A DNA stretch of 64,000 nt, taken from NCBI GenBank assembly GCA_035444405.1, contig DAOMOP010000003.1, positions 4,423 through 68,422 on the forward strand, written 5' to 3'. Shown piece after piece: positions 1 to 9,224 of this stretch (positions within the stretch are counted from its first letter, which is position 1; every line of letters starts with the position of its first letter). Below the pieces are notes generated by a model that did not search any database, was not told where the DNA came from, and was given only the letters and a program-made list of their open reading frames with translations. This DNA comes from Rhodocyclaceae bacterium. GTDB taxonomy: Bacteria; Pseudomonadota; Gammaproteobacteria; Burkholderiales; Rhodocyclaceae. The position numbers and the translations under genes are program-made.

Positions 1-98
1 GGCGGGCCGACCGATGATGCCGGTGTCGATGCCGTTCAGCCAGTGGTCGTCGCAGCGGAACATCTCCGCGCGCGACTGGTGAAACGGCCGCTGCCGCA
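1..98 (-). CDS. Possible 5' end of a CDS that runs off the left edge (33 codons visible); product unknown
   Basis: ATG at 98 (minus) opens a frame with no stop to position 1 (MRQRPFHQSRAEMFRCDDHWLNGIDTGIIGRPA). Co-oriented with and 75 nt downstream of the 173..1864 gene. No clear SD; too short to classify. Confidence 0.2.
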
Positions 99-172
99 TT
101 GGCGGAAGCGGCCGGCGGCTGCGGCGAAGTCAACGGCTCGGGCGCCCGTGCGCGAACCGGGCCGGGCGGCCC

Positions 173-1864
173 TCACACCCCCGCGAGCGGGTTCCACACT
201 TCATCGCGGTGGGCTGCCGCTTGCGCATCGGCGGCGTGGCAGCAATCACCACCCGGCGTCTGCGCGCCGTCGCCGTCACAACAGTTGCCCGGAAGCGCCG
301 CGGCGCTCACGCCGCTGTGGTTGCAGCATTCGCCCTTCCACCATCGCGCGCCGTCGCCGCGGCAGTACTTGTCGTCGGCGCCCACCATCTGCATGAACAT
401 CGGATGATAGTTGCGGCACACCTCGAGCTCGGTCTTGACCCAGTGCAGCGGATCCTTCGCGTAGTGGTCCCAATAGCCTCCGCGCATGTTGATGCCGGGT
501 ACGGCCGGATTCCAGCTCTCGTCGAGCCACAGCTCGGGGTCGCCGTACTTGGCGCACAGTTTGCGGATCTCCGGGTCGTCGAGCGCCAGCAGGCGGCCGT
601 CCTCGATCACGTTCTCGTTGTCGCCGGAGCGCTCCACCGTGAAAGTCGGGAAGTACAGATGCAAATGCCAGTGGCCGACCAGCAGGCCCATGCGCGCGGC
701 CTCGCGCTCGGTCATCGACGAGATGATCGTGCCGAAGCCCATGTGGATCACACCGGAACGCACCCGCTCGTAGAGGCAGTTCACGAAGCCGGACGGAAAA
801 TCCTTGCGCGGCCGGTGAATGTGGGGATTGGTTCCGATCGACGCCTCCCACCAGTACATGATCCCCTTGCCCGGGAAACCCGGATACTGCGCATCCCGGG
901 TGAGCTCCATGACCTCGCGCAGCTTGTCGCCGAACGCACCGCCCGCATTGATCTGCGTGATTTTGGAGTTCTCGACGACGAGCTGCGTCCAATCGCACGG
1001 CGCGATGTGGTTGGTCGTGCCCGCGATGATGCCGCAGCCGTCTTCCTTGAACGGGTGATACATCCAGGGGCGGCCCGTGATGTGGCCGGGCAGGTAGGTC
1101 TTGCCGAAGTGCTCGTTGCCGCGCCAGGTCGCCGCGGTCAGCTCGGGGCTGTAGAACTCGCGCCTGGCGTCCCAGTACTCGTCGTGATTGGTGTAGGAAA
1201 TGTCCGTGCCTTCGGGGTCGGTGATGCGCACCCGCCGTGCGGTGCGAATGCGGTCCCAGGTCCAGCGGTCGAGCGCATTGATCACCTCGATCGGCATCGC
1301 GTGGGCGGGCGAGGCGAGGATCTCGGGAGTGATGAACGGCATGCGCTGGATCTTGATGAAGCGCTCGGCCAGCACTGGGCCGCCGTAGCCCATCAGGATC
1401 TTGTCGTAGTCTTGCTTCTTCTCCTCTTCCTCCCACATGTCCATCCACTCGGCCAGCTCCTTGGTGCGGAAAAGGTAGTAATCGACCTCGTCGGCACCGA
1501 CCCATTGCGGCACCGGCCCGCGATCGATCTTCTGGATCTCGTACTTGACCCCGTATTTCTCGAGGATGCGCTGGCAGGCCTGGATGGTCAGCTCGCTGTG
1601 CCAGTTGTCGACGCGCAGCAGCACGCGCTCGCCCTTCTTCAAGTCCCAGCAGGCATTCAGCCCGTGGTTATACGGCCGGCGGGCGACATGCTCGAGGTAA
1701 GGCAGCAGCTGGTCGGCGCTGGTCACCTCGACGAACGGCGGGCAGCGCGGCGGGCGTTTGCCGAGCAGGGGGGGCTGCGGGTGCGCCGGCAAGCCCGACG
1801 GGGGCGGTTGGAGTGACCTGGAAAGCTCAGCCTGGAGACTCGCAGGCGACGACTGGTGCGGCAT
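173..1864 (-). CDS. NicX / aminopeptidase-T (M29)-like metalloenzyme-fold protein with a Cys-rich C-terminal tail; function unknown
   Basis: Track ORF 173..1951. ATG at 1864 (MPHQSS...) preferred; 1951, 1906 and 1897 are possible. Protein-like composition throughout. His-rich motifs (GTNPHIH, GVIHMGFGT, HWHLHLYFP) resemble M29/NicX-type metal sites by recollection only. Tail has three CC dipeptides. Confidence 0.6.
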   Translation of the reverse strand: MPHQSSPASLQAELSRSLQPPPSGLPAHPQPPLLGKRPPRCPPFVEVTSADQLLPYLEHVARRPYNHGLNACWDLKKGERVLLRVDNWHSELTIQACQRILEKYGVKYEIQKIDRGPVPQWVGADEVDYYLFRTKELAEWMDMWEEEEKKQDYDKILMGYGGPVLAERFIKIQRMPFITPEILASPAHAMPIEVINALDRWTWDRIRTARRVRITDPEGTDISYTNHDEYWDARREFYSPELTAATWRGNEHFGKTYLPGHITGRPWMYHPFKEDGCGIIAGTTNHIAPCDWTQLVVENSKITQINAGGAFGDKLREVMELTRDAQYPGFPGKGIMYWWEASIGTNPHIHRPRKDFPSGFVNCLYERVRSGVIHMGFGTIISSMTEREAARMGLLVGHWHLHLYFPTFTVERSGDNENVIEDGRLLALDDPEIRKLCAKYGDPELWLDESWNPAVPGINMRGGYWDHYAKDPLHWVKTELEVCRNYHPMFMQMVGADDKYCRGDGARWWKGECCNHSGVSAAALPGNCCDGDGAQTPGGDCCHAADAQAAAHRDEVWNPLAGV

Positions 1865-1900
1865 GGCGACTCCTTGGTGGGGTTGAGGTGCAGGCATATT

Positions 1901-1951
1901 CTGCATGCAGCGGGTGTGGCTGTCAGTGCCGCCACGGAGCATTGCATGCAA
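1901..1951. promoter_or_regulatory. Two perfect 10-bp palindromes (CTGCATGCAG 1901-1910, TTGCATGCAA 1942-1951) upstream of the 173..1864 gene; candidate GntR-type operators
   Basis: Read directly. The same TGCATGCA core recurs twice in the gntR/TRAP intergenic region. Confidence 0.4.
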
Positions 1952-2035
1952 TCGGCCGAAAAGTCGGCGTCACCACCAATATAGACGACCGATCCCGGCC
2001 GCGCTCCTGCCCTCGGGCACAAGGGTTGGCCGCGA

Positions 2036-2761
2036 TCACGTCACGAGGTCGGCGCCGGGCAATCGCAAGCCGAGGCGATCGCCCTTCATCGCCTGGAAGT
2101 TCTCGCGCTTGTTGCAGGCGCTGCGATAGGCGTGCTCGCGCACCAGCGCGGCGGCGCGGGTGCCCTGTCGCCGCCGGACGGCATCGAAGATGTGCCGGTG
2201 ATCCAGGTTCGAGGCGCGAATCTGTGCCACGTTGCGCTCGCTGTTGGCGTGAACAAACACGATCGCGCGCGCACCGGCCAACGGGATGCGCGAGACGTGG
2301 TCTATTGCGCTCGCGAGCGCCGCGTTGTCCGCCAGCTCGACGAGGGCACGGTGGAAACGGGCATTGCAGTCGATCCACGCCAGCCGGGTTTCGGTGACCT
2401 CCAGACCCGATTCGGTCAATGCCTCGGCCTCGTCGAGGCAGCTTGCGATCGATCGCGCGAGTTCGGGCGACACGCCGCGCTCGGCGGCGAGTCGGGCCGC
2501 CATCGCCTCCAGTTCGCCGCGCACCTCGATCGCATCGGCGATCTCGTCGATGGTGAAGCTGCGCACGCGAAAGCCACGGTTTGGTTCGCGCATCAGCAGC
2601 CCCTCGGTCTCGAGCGCCGCCATCGCCAGGCGCACCGGCGTACGCGATGCCTGCAGCATTTCCGCGACCGCGATCTCGCCAAGCCGCTGGCCAGGCGCCA
2701 CTTCGCCGGCGAGGATCAGATCGCGCAGGCGCTGGGTAACCGTTTCAAGCTGGCTGGTCAT
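2036..2761 (-). CDS. GntR-family transcriptional regulator (FadR/FCD-type C-terminal domain)
   Basis: ATG at 2761 preceded by GGAG. N-terminal wHTH (LGEIAVAEMLQASRTPVRLAMAALETEGLL) typical of GntR. Helical effector domain follows. Track ORF 2036..2860 extends upstream without support. Confidence 0.85.
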   Translation of the reverse strand: MTSQLETVTQRLRDLILAGEVAPGQRLGEIAVAEMLQASRTPVRLAMAALETEGLLMREPNRGFRVRSFTIDEIADAIEVRGELEAMAARLAAERGVSPELARSIASCLDEAEALTESGLEVTETRLAWIDCNARFHRALVELADNAALASAIDHVSRIPLAGARAIVFVHANSERNVAQIRASNLDHRHIFDAVRRRQGTRAAALVREHAYRSACNKRENFQAMKGDRLGLRLPGADLVT

Positions 2762-2784
2762 GTTCACTCCGGATCCATCATTGT

Positions 2785-2855
2785 TTGCATGCAATCCTAA
2801 CAGCGTCACCCGATCAGTTGTGCTAGAGTGATTCGAGGTCAATGGATGCATGCAA
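2785..2855. promoter_or_regulatory. Two more TGCATGCA palindromes (TTGCATGCAA 2785-2794, ATGCATGCAA 2846-2855) in the divergent gntR / TRAP promoter region
   Basis: Read directly; located between the gntR start (2761) and the dctP-type start (2945). Confidence 0.4.
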
Positions 2856-2944
2856 CGCACTCAGGCGGCTGCGCTGCCGAGCGCGTGTGACAAGCGACAG
2901 CACAACAACACAATAGACCCGACCACCCAACCAGGAGAGAGACG

Positions 2945-4012
2945 ATGCTCTGGAAGATCGCCCGTCCGGCCGCGCTTGCGGCCGTTTTCGCCATTGGCGT
3001 GCTGGTAACCGCGCCTGCCGGCGCCGAAGTCCTTCGCTACTCCGACTACGGCCCCAATCGCGGCACGCGCGCCGAGGCCCTGCAGTGGTTCGCCGACGAG
3101 GTCAAGGCCCGCACCGGCGGCGAGCTGGAATTCGAGTTTCACTGGGGTGGCTCGCTGCTCGGCATGCGCGCGACGCTCGAGGGGCTTTCGTCAGGGGTCG
3201 CCGACGCCGGCACGGTGATCGGCTTTGCCCATCCGCGCGAGCTGCGTGCCTACAACATCGGCGACCTGCCGGTCGAGAACTCCGACATCTGGGTGGGCCA
3301 GCGGGCCATCTACGATCTGGCGCGCGAGCATCCGGTGCTGCAGCGCGAGTTCGAGCGTGCCGGCGTCGTGTATGTGTCGAATTTTTCGACCGGGCCGATC
3401 CAGCTCATCTGCCGCCGCGAGATCAAGAGCCTCGCCGACATCCGCGGCCTGCGCATTCGCGCCTCCGGGCCGTACGGCGATGCGCTTGCCGATCTCGGCG
3501 CGGAGATCGAACGCATGTCGCAGGCCGACGTGTACCAGGCACTCGACAGTGGCCTCGTCGACTGCAACCAGAACTATTACTACGCCATCCGTGCCTATCG
3601 CCAGCATGAGGTCGCCCCGTACGTGCTCGCGCTCGACTGGGGGCAGAACCTGTCGTTCGGTGTGTTCATGAGCAAGCTCGCCTACGACCGGCTCTCCGAC
3701 GCGCACAAGGCGATCATCCACGCGCTCGGCAGCGAGTTCATCGATCGCTTCGCGCGCGCGCTGCAGCAAAGCAGCGACACGGACATGAACGCGATGGTCG
3801 AAGGCGTCGACGGGCAGAAGGTCACGATCGTGCGGCTGCCCGACGCAGACCGGCGCGGGCTGCTCGACGCCGGCGAGAAGTATGTGCGTCAATGGGTCGA
3901 ACACGCCACCGCCGACGGGCTCGACGGGCAGGCGATCCTCGACGCCTATCTTGGATACGTCGACAAGTACGCGAAGGAGCTCGAGGACGAGGGCTACCCG
4001 TGGACCCGCTGA
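2945..4012 (+). CDS. TRAP transporter substrate-binding protein (DctP family)
   Basis: ATG 2945 after GGAGAGAG. Signal peptide (AVFAIGVLVTAPAGA). DctP-like sequence and size. Followed by small and large TRAP permeases. Confidence 0.85.
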   Translation: MLWKIARPAALAAVFAIGVLVTAPAGAEVLRYSDYGPNRGTRAEALQWFADEVKARTGGELEFEFHWGGSLLGMRATLEGLSSGVADAGTVIGFAHPRELRAYNIGDLPVENSDIWVGQRAIYDLAREHPVLQREFERAGVVYVSNFSTGPIQLICRREIKSLADIRGLRIRASGPYGDALADLGAEIERMSQADVYQALDSGLVDCNQNYYYAIRAYRQHEVAPYVLALDWGQNLSFGVFMSKLAYDRLSDAHKAIIHALGSEFIDRFARALQQSSDTDMNAMVEGVDGQKVTIVRLPDADRRGLLDAGEKYVRQWVEHATADGLDGQAILDAYLGYVDKYAKELEDEGYPWTR

Positions 4013-4509
4013 GCCACAGCGAGCTGGCGCCGGTCCACCCGTCGTGGCCGGAGCGCGCGCTGGCGTGGCTCGGCATGGCCGCGGTGGGCCTGCTGTGCGT
4101 GCTGGTCGCCGTCGGAGTGATCTCGCGCCTCGTCGGCCGTCCGCTGATCCCCGACAACGTGTTGCTGGTGCAGGAGATGATGGTGGCGGTGATACTGTTC
4201 CCGCTCGCACTCGTCACCGCGCAGCGCGAACACATCGCGGTGACGGTTTTCACACGACATGCCGGCAAGCGCATGCAGCACGCATTGTCGGTACTGGGTC
4301 ACCTCGTCGGACTGCTGTTCGCCGGCACCTTGTTGTGGGCGAGCGTGCGGCTGCTTCGGCGCTCGCTCGCGACCGCCGAGTACTACTACGGCGTGCTCGA
4401 TATCCCTGTCTGGGTCGGACATGCGGTGTTCGCGGTCGGGGCCGGCGCATTCGTGCTGCGCCTCGTGGCGATGCTGCTGACCGACCTGGCCGGAGCGCTG
4501 CGCCGTTAG
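4000..4509 (+). CDS. TRAP transporter small permease (DctQ family)
   Basis: In-frame GTG at 4000 overlaps the end of the binding-protein gene. ~169 aa, four hydrophobic segments. The track start at 3892 would add an Arg-rich out-of-context leader. ATG near 4075 is an alternative. Confidence 0.7.
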   Translation: MDPLSHSELAPVHPSWPERALAWLGMAAVGLLCVLVAVGVISRLVGRPLIPDNVLLVQEMMVAVILFPLALVTAQREHIAVTVFTRHAGKRMQHALSVLGHLVGLLFAGTLLWASVRLLRRSLATAEYYYGVLDIPVWVGHAVFAVGAGAFVLRLVAMLLTDLAGALRR

Positions 4510-4554
4510 CAGCGGCGACACTGAGCGGCGTTCGTTGCGGGAGGCCAGGCCCGG

Positions 4555-5898
4555 ATGGATCCCAACCTGCTTGTCGGTCTTGCGCTCACCGCCGTCCTCG
4601 TCCTGCTCGTCCTGCGCGTGCCGATCGCGTACGCACTGGGCGGAGTCGCGACCGCGGGTCTGTTCCTGTTCTTTGCATGGCGCCCTGGCGCCGGGTTCGA
4701 TCCCGATCGCGGCCTGACCCCTGCGCTGTCGGTGATCGGCACGACGGCCTTCAACTTCGTTCACCATTACCCGTTGAGCATGATTCCGCTGTTCATCGGA
4801 CTCGGTCACGTCGCCTATCACGCGGGTATCACGACGGACTTGTACCAGTCGCTGCGCGTGTGGCTTGCACGCACCCCGGGCGGCCTCGCCATGGCCTCGA
4901 TCATGGGCTGCGGCGGCTTCTCGGCGGTGTCCGGCTCGAGCGTGGCCTGCGCTGCGGCGATGGGGCGCATCACCGTGCCGGAGATGCTGCGCTACGGCTA
5001 CGACGCGCGACTGGCCACGGCAGCGGTGGCTGCGGGCGGCACGCTCGGTTCGCTGGTGCCGCCGAGCCTGTTGTTCGTGATCTACGCGATCTTCACCGAG
5101 CAATCGGTCAAGTGGCTGTTTCTCGCCGGCATTCTTCCGGGGGTGCTGTCGTTGCTTGCCTACCTCGTGACGACCTGGGTGTGGGTGCGCCTGCGGCCCC
5201 AGGACGCGCCGATGCCCGACCAGATCTACACCCGCGCCGACCGCATGCGCGCGCTGGCCGGGCTGTGGCCGACACTGCTGTTGCTCGGGCTCATCATCGG
5301 GGGCATGTTCCTCGGCATCTTCACGCCGACCGAAGCGGCCGGCGTGAGCCTCGCGGTCGCGATCCTGATCGGCGCTGCGCGGCGCCGGCTGCGCCTCGCC
5401 GATCTGTACACCGCCTTCAGTGAAACCGCCCGGCAGACCGCGACGATCTTCATGATCGCGCTCGGCGCGAAGATCTTCGTGTCGTTCGCTGCGCTGACGC
5501 GCATCGCCCCGAACCTGCTCGACTGGGTTCAAGGCACCGGCGCTCCGATGCTCGTCGTGATCGCCGTACTGGTGCTGCTGTACATCGTCCTCGGCATGTT
5601 TCTCGACTCGATCGGGATTCTGGTGCTGACCCTGCCGTTCGTCGTACCGATCGTCGATGGCTACGGCCTCGATCTGATCTGGTTCGGCGTGGTCGTGATC
5701 AAGCTGCTCGAGATCGGCCTGATCACCCCTCCGGTGGGCCTGAACGTGTTCGTCATCAAGTCGGTCGCGCCCCGCGAGGTGAGCCTGGAGCACATCTTCC
5801 GCGGCATCGGCTGGTTCCTGATCCTCGACTTCTGCGTGCTGCTCGCGATCCTGCTGTTCCCGCCGCTGTCGCTGCTGATCCCGACTGCCGCCGGCTAG
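4555..5898 (+). CDS. TRAP transporter large permease (DctM family)
   Basis: 447-aa polytopic membrane protein in the canonical position after DctP/DctQ. Confidence 0.9.
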   Translation: MDPNLLVGLALTAVLVLLVLRVPIAYALGGVATAGLFLFFAWRPGAGFDPDRGLTPALSVIGTTAFNFVHHYPLSMIPLFIGLGHVAYHAGITTDLYQSLRVWLARTPGGLAMASIMGCGGFSAVSGSSVACAAAMGRITVPEMLRYGYDARLATAAVAAGGTLGSLVPPSLLFVIYAIFTEQSVKWLFLAGILPGVLSLLAYLVTTWVWVRLRPQDAPMPDQIYTRADRMRALAGLWPTLLLLGLIIGGMFLGIFTPTEAAGVSLAVAILIGAARRRLRLADLYTAFSETARQTATIFMIALGAKIFVSFAALTRIAPNLLDWVQGTGAPMLVVIAVLVLLYIVLGMFLDSIGILVLTLPFVVPIVDGYGLDLIWFGVVVIKLLEIGLITPPVGLNVFVIKSVAPREVSLEHIFRGIGWFLILDFCVLLAILLFPPLSLLIPTAAG

Positions 5899-5901
5899 GC
5901 G

Positions 5902-6216
5902 CTAGCGCCGCCGCATTTCGCCCAACTCGACGATCAGCACCGCGATGCGCCGGCGCAGCCGTGCGCGCTGCTCGGGCGCGGCGTCACGCGCCGCAGCGAG
6001 CTCGGCGCGCAGCGCCGCGAGCTCGCGGCGCAGGCCGATCTCGGGCGGCGCGATGCCGGCATTGGCGAGGATGCGGTTGACCATGCGCTGCTCGCCCGAC
6101 ACGAACGGCTCGTCGGCGAGATCGAGCGGCCGCCCCGCGCCGGGCAGGTCGTCGAGCTCGCCGCGCCGGATCGCGTCGGCGATGCGCTGTTCGGCGAGGA
6201 TTTCGAAGATCGACAT
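5902..6216 (-). CDS. DUF1992 (DnaJ-C28-like) domain protein
   Basis: ATG at 6216. MSIFEILAEQRIADAIRRGELDDLPGAGRPLDL is the hallmark N-terminus of this family (recollection). Confidence 0.7.
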   Translation of the reverse strand: MSIFEILAEQRIADAIRRGELDDLPGAGRPLDLADEPFVSGEQRMVNRILANAGIAPPEIGLRRELAALRAELAAARDAAPEQRARLRRRIAVLIVELGEMRRR

Positions 6217-6314
6217 GGCTGCGCATCCGCATCGCGCGTCATCGAGCGCGTACACTACACCGTTCGGCACGCCGAGCGCGGCTACCCCGACCCCGCCATT
6301 CGCCAACAACAACA

Positions 6315-7100
6315 ATGACCGACCTCCTCTGGTACCAGTACGTGCTGATCGGCCTGATCTTCGTCTGGAGCGGCTTCGTGCGCTCCGGGCTCGGCTTCGG
6401 CGGCGCGGTGCTGGCGCTGCCCTTTCTGCTGCTGATCGTCGACGACCCGCTGGTGTTCCTGCCGCTGATCGCCGCGCACCTGATGATCTTCTCGAGCTGG
6501 ATCGCCTGGCGCGGCCACCGCGCCGCGCGCGCCGCCGCGCCGGGCGACGGCGCCACGACGGGCGGCAACATCGACTGGCGCTATCTCGCGCACGCGATGA
6601 AGATCATGATCGCGCCGAAGCTCGTCGGCGTGCTGGGCCTGCTCACGCTGCCCTCGCGCATCATGAGCACGATCATCTTCGTGATCGTGATCTGCTATGC
6701 GATCGGCTACGTGCTGAACAAGCCTTTCCGCAGCAACAGCAAGGGGCTCGACGTCGTGCTGCTGATGCTTGGCGGCTACGTGAGCGGCACCTCGCTGATC
6801 GGCGCGCCGCTGATCGTCGCGGTGTTCGCGAGCAGGGTCGCGAAGCACCAGCTGCGCGACACGCTGTTCGTGCTGTGGTTCATCCTGGTGCTGATCAAGA
6901 TGGTGTCGTTCGTGATCGCCGGCGTCGACCTGCAGCTCGTCCACCACCTGTGGCTGCTGCCGTGCGCATTCGTCGGCCACCTCGTCGGCGAGCGCTTCCA
7001 CCGCCACATCGTCACCGCCGAGACGCCGCTGTTCTTCCGCGTGCTCGGCGTCGTGCTGATCGCGGTCAGCGTGATCGGCATCTTCTGGCCGCCGACCTGA
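6315..7100 (+). CDS. TauE/SafE (DUF81) family anion-exporter-like membrane protein
   Basis: 261 aa, multiple TM segments, GxGGG-type motif (SGLGFGGAVLALPFLL). Confidence 0.75.
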   Translation: MTDLLWYQYVLIGLIFVWSGFVRSGLGFGGAVLALPFLLLIVDDPLVFLPLIAAHLMIFSSWIAWRGHRAARAAAPGDGATTGGNIDWRYLAHAMKIMIAPKLVGVLGLLTLPSRIMSTIIFVIVICYAIGYVLNKPFRSNSKGLDVVLLMLGGYVSGTSLIGAPLIVAVFASRVAKHQLRDTLFVLWFILVLIKMVSFVIAGVDLQLVHHLWLLPCAFVGHLVGERFHRHIVTAETPLFFRVLGVVLIAVSVIGIFWPPT

Positions 7101-7175
7101 GCACGAAGAACGGGCCGCAGGCACGCAAAACAGGTACATTCGCATATTCGGAATCTTGACTGGCGAACTCACCCG

Positions 7176-8357
7176 ATGAAGAAGAACCTCTGGCTGCTGG
7201 CGATCGCGCAGGGCCTGTTCCTGACCAACAACGTGGTCTTCATCGCCATCAACGGCCTGGTCGGGCTGAGCCTCGCGCCGGCCAGCTGGATGGCGACGCT
7301 GCCGGTGATGGGTTACGTGGTCGGCGGCGCGCTGTCGACCGGCCTGGTGGCGCGCAGCCAGCAGCGCTGGGGGCGCAAGGTGTCGTTCCAGCTCGGCCTG
7401 CTGGTGGCCGTCGCGACCGTGCTCGTGTGCGCGTTCGCGCTCCACGTGCAGAGCTTCTGGCTGCTCGTGGCCGGCACCGTCGCGGCCGGCTACTACAGCG
7501 CCAACGGCCAGCTCTACCGCTTTGCCGCCGGCGAGCTGGCGACGCCGTCGTTCCGCGAGAAGGCGGTGTCGCTGGTGCTGGCGGGCGGGCTGATCGGTGC
7601 GGTGATCGGCCCGAACCTCGCCAATCTGACGCGCGACACGCTGACGATGCCGTTCCTCGGCTCGTACCTCGCGCTGGCGCTCGTCGCACTGGTGTCGATG
7701 GCGGTGATGGCGGCGATCCGCTTTCCGCCCGAGCCGGTGCGCACGGGCGGCGCCAGCGACGGCGGCCGCCCGCTCGCCGAGATCGTGCGCGAGCCGGTGT
7801 TCATCGTCGCCACCGCCGGCGCCGCACTCGGCTACGGCGTCATGAACCTGCTGATGGCGGCGACACCGCTGGCCATGGACATCTGCGGCATGCCGTTCTC
7901 GGACGCCGCGCTGGTGCTCGAATGGCACGTCATCGGCATGTTCGCGCCGGGCTTCTTCACCGGGCACCTGATCAAGCGCTTCGGCGTGCTGCAGATCATG
8001 GGGGTGGGCGTGGCGCTCAACCTGGCCTGCATCGGGGTCGCGCTGTCGGGTCAGGACCTGCACCAGTTCCTGATCGGGCTGTTCCTGCTCGGCGTGGGCT
8101 GGAACTTCCTCTTCACCGGCAGCACCACGCTGGCCATGCAGGCCTACCGGCCCGAGGAGAAGGACAAGGCGCAGGCCGCGATCAACTTCGCGGTGTTCGC
8201 GACAATGGCGCTGGCCTCGTTCGCCTCCGGCGCGCTGGTGACGACGCAGGGCTGGACCGTGCTGAATGTCGGCTCGCTGGTGCCGGTGGCGCTGACCGGG
8301 GCGGCACTGCTGTGGCTCGCCGGGCGGCAGCGCGCCGAGTTGCGGCAGCTGTCGTGA
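7176..8357 (+). CDS. MFS transporter
   Basis: 393 aa, ~12 TM segments, typical MFS loop (QRWGRK). Confidence 0.8.
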   Translation: MKKNLWLLAIAQGLFLTNNVVFIAINGLVGLSLAPASWMATLPVMGYVVGGALSTGLVARSQQRWGRKVSFQLGLLVAVATVLVCAFALHVQSFWLLVAGTVAAGYYSANGQLYRFAAGELATPSFREKAVSLVLAGGLIGAVIGPNLANLTRDTLTMPFLGSYLALALVALVSMAVMAAIRFPPEPVRTGGASDGGRPLAEIVREPVFIVATAGAALGYGVMNLLMAATPLAMDICGMPFSDAALVLEWHVIGMFAPGFFTGHLIKRFGVLQIMGVGVALNLACIGVALSGQDLHQFLIGLFLLGVGWNFLFTGSTTLAMQAYRPEEKDKAQAAINFAVFATMALASFASGALVTTQGWTVLNVGSLVPVALTGAALLWLAGRQRAELRQLS

Positions 8358-8486
8358 CGCACATGTCCGCTCGCCGCGAGCCGGGCGCGAGGTGCCGCGC
8401 ACCGGTCGCTGCAGTCGTATCGTGGCCGCCGTGCTCGCATGTGTCGGATCCTCGAGGCTAGCCGCCACGGCGCAGGTGATACCGGC

Positions 8487-9224
8487 TCACCTGGGAGTCA
8501 CATTGAATAACAGCGCACCCTGTTCGTGGCCATCGTACCGCAAGTCCGGCCCGTAACTCGCCGAATAGAGCTGGATCAAGACGCTTCCGATGCGCAGGCC
8601 GCCGAGCTCGCGCGACATCCGTCGTGCCGAGAGCAATTCCTGCGGCGCATGAATCACCAGGCGGTCGTGTTCCAGGTCGAACTCGAATACGCGGATCACG
8701 CGCCACAATCCGTGGGGAACGGCATCGAAAACCTTGCGGTCGATGATCACGATGTCGCGGTCCGTGTCGCGGCCTCCCCATGAGCCGAGAGTGATCGAGG
8801 CCGTAAGCCCCGCCATCGAACACAGGATGACCGTATCGGCCCCTGCTCCCCCTTGCGCGCTGAACTCGGGGCCGACGTCGTACAGCAGCGCGATGTCGTC
8901 GCCATCGCCAAGATCCACCGCTTCCATCGTATCCTCGCCGGTGACTCGGACCAGGTCGTCGCCGGCGGTATACGAAACCCACAGCGCCATTTCCGGCGAC
9001 GGATCGATTGCCGCCGGAGCGACGAACGGCCCCTGCGCATCCTGCGGTGGGCAGCGAAGCCGGAGCCGTTCATCGAGCGAGCGCATGCCGTCCGGAGCGA
9101 ACACGGCGGCCCTGTCGGCCAGCGCCGATCCCGCACCAATGCACCCGGCAATCAGGATGGCGGCTGCCGCCGTCCCCTCCAAAAGGCGCAGCCAATCAGC
9201 TAGCCTCGTCATCGGAGCGGTCAT
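8487..9224 (-). CDS. Putative lipoprotein carrying one copy of an RTX-like ~190-aa module
   Basis: ATG at 9224 forms an ATGA overlap with the stop of the upstream gene. Lipobox-like ILIAGC. Module motifs GDDLVRV, GDGDDI, GGAGADTVILCS, HDRLVIHAP match the three modules of the upstream protein. The track ORF (to 9548) is an over-extension. Confidence 0.7.
   Translation of the reverse strand: MTAPMTRLADWLRLLEGTAAAAILIAGCIGAGSALADRAAVFAPDGMRSLDERLRLRCPPQDAQGPFVAPAAIDPSPEMALWVSYTAGDDLVRVTGEDTMEAVDLGDGDDIALLYDVGPEFSAQGGAGADTVILCSMAGLTASITLGSWGGRDTDRDIVIIDRKVFDAVPHGLWRVIRVFEFDLEHDRLVIHAPQELLSARRMSRELGGLRIGSVLIQLYSASYGPDLRYDGHEQGALLFNVTPR

Noticed and set aside
209-1816. 535-aa plus-strand ORF (and 276..1505 minus) overlapping the NicX/M29-like gene
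   Set aside because: Arg/Ala/Gly/Pro-rich, antisense or out of frame to a gene with clearly protein-like sequence. This is a typical high-G+C shadow ORF.
3994-5793. 599-aa minus-strand ORF across the TRAP permease genes, and similar long ORFs at 3882..5423, 6282..8468, 5945..7159 and 7427..8461
   Set aside because: Low-complexity R/H/Q/D/E/G composition. They lie antisense to well-supported membrane-protein genes.
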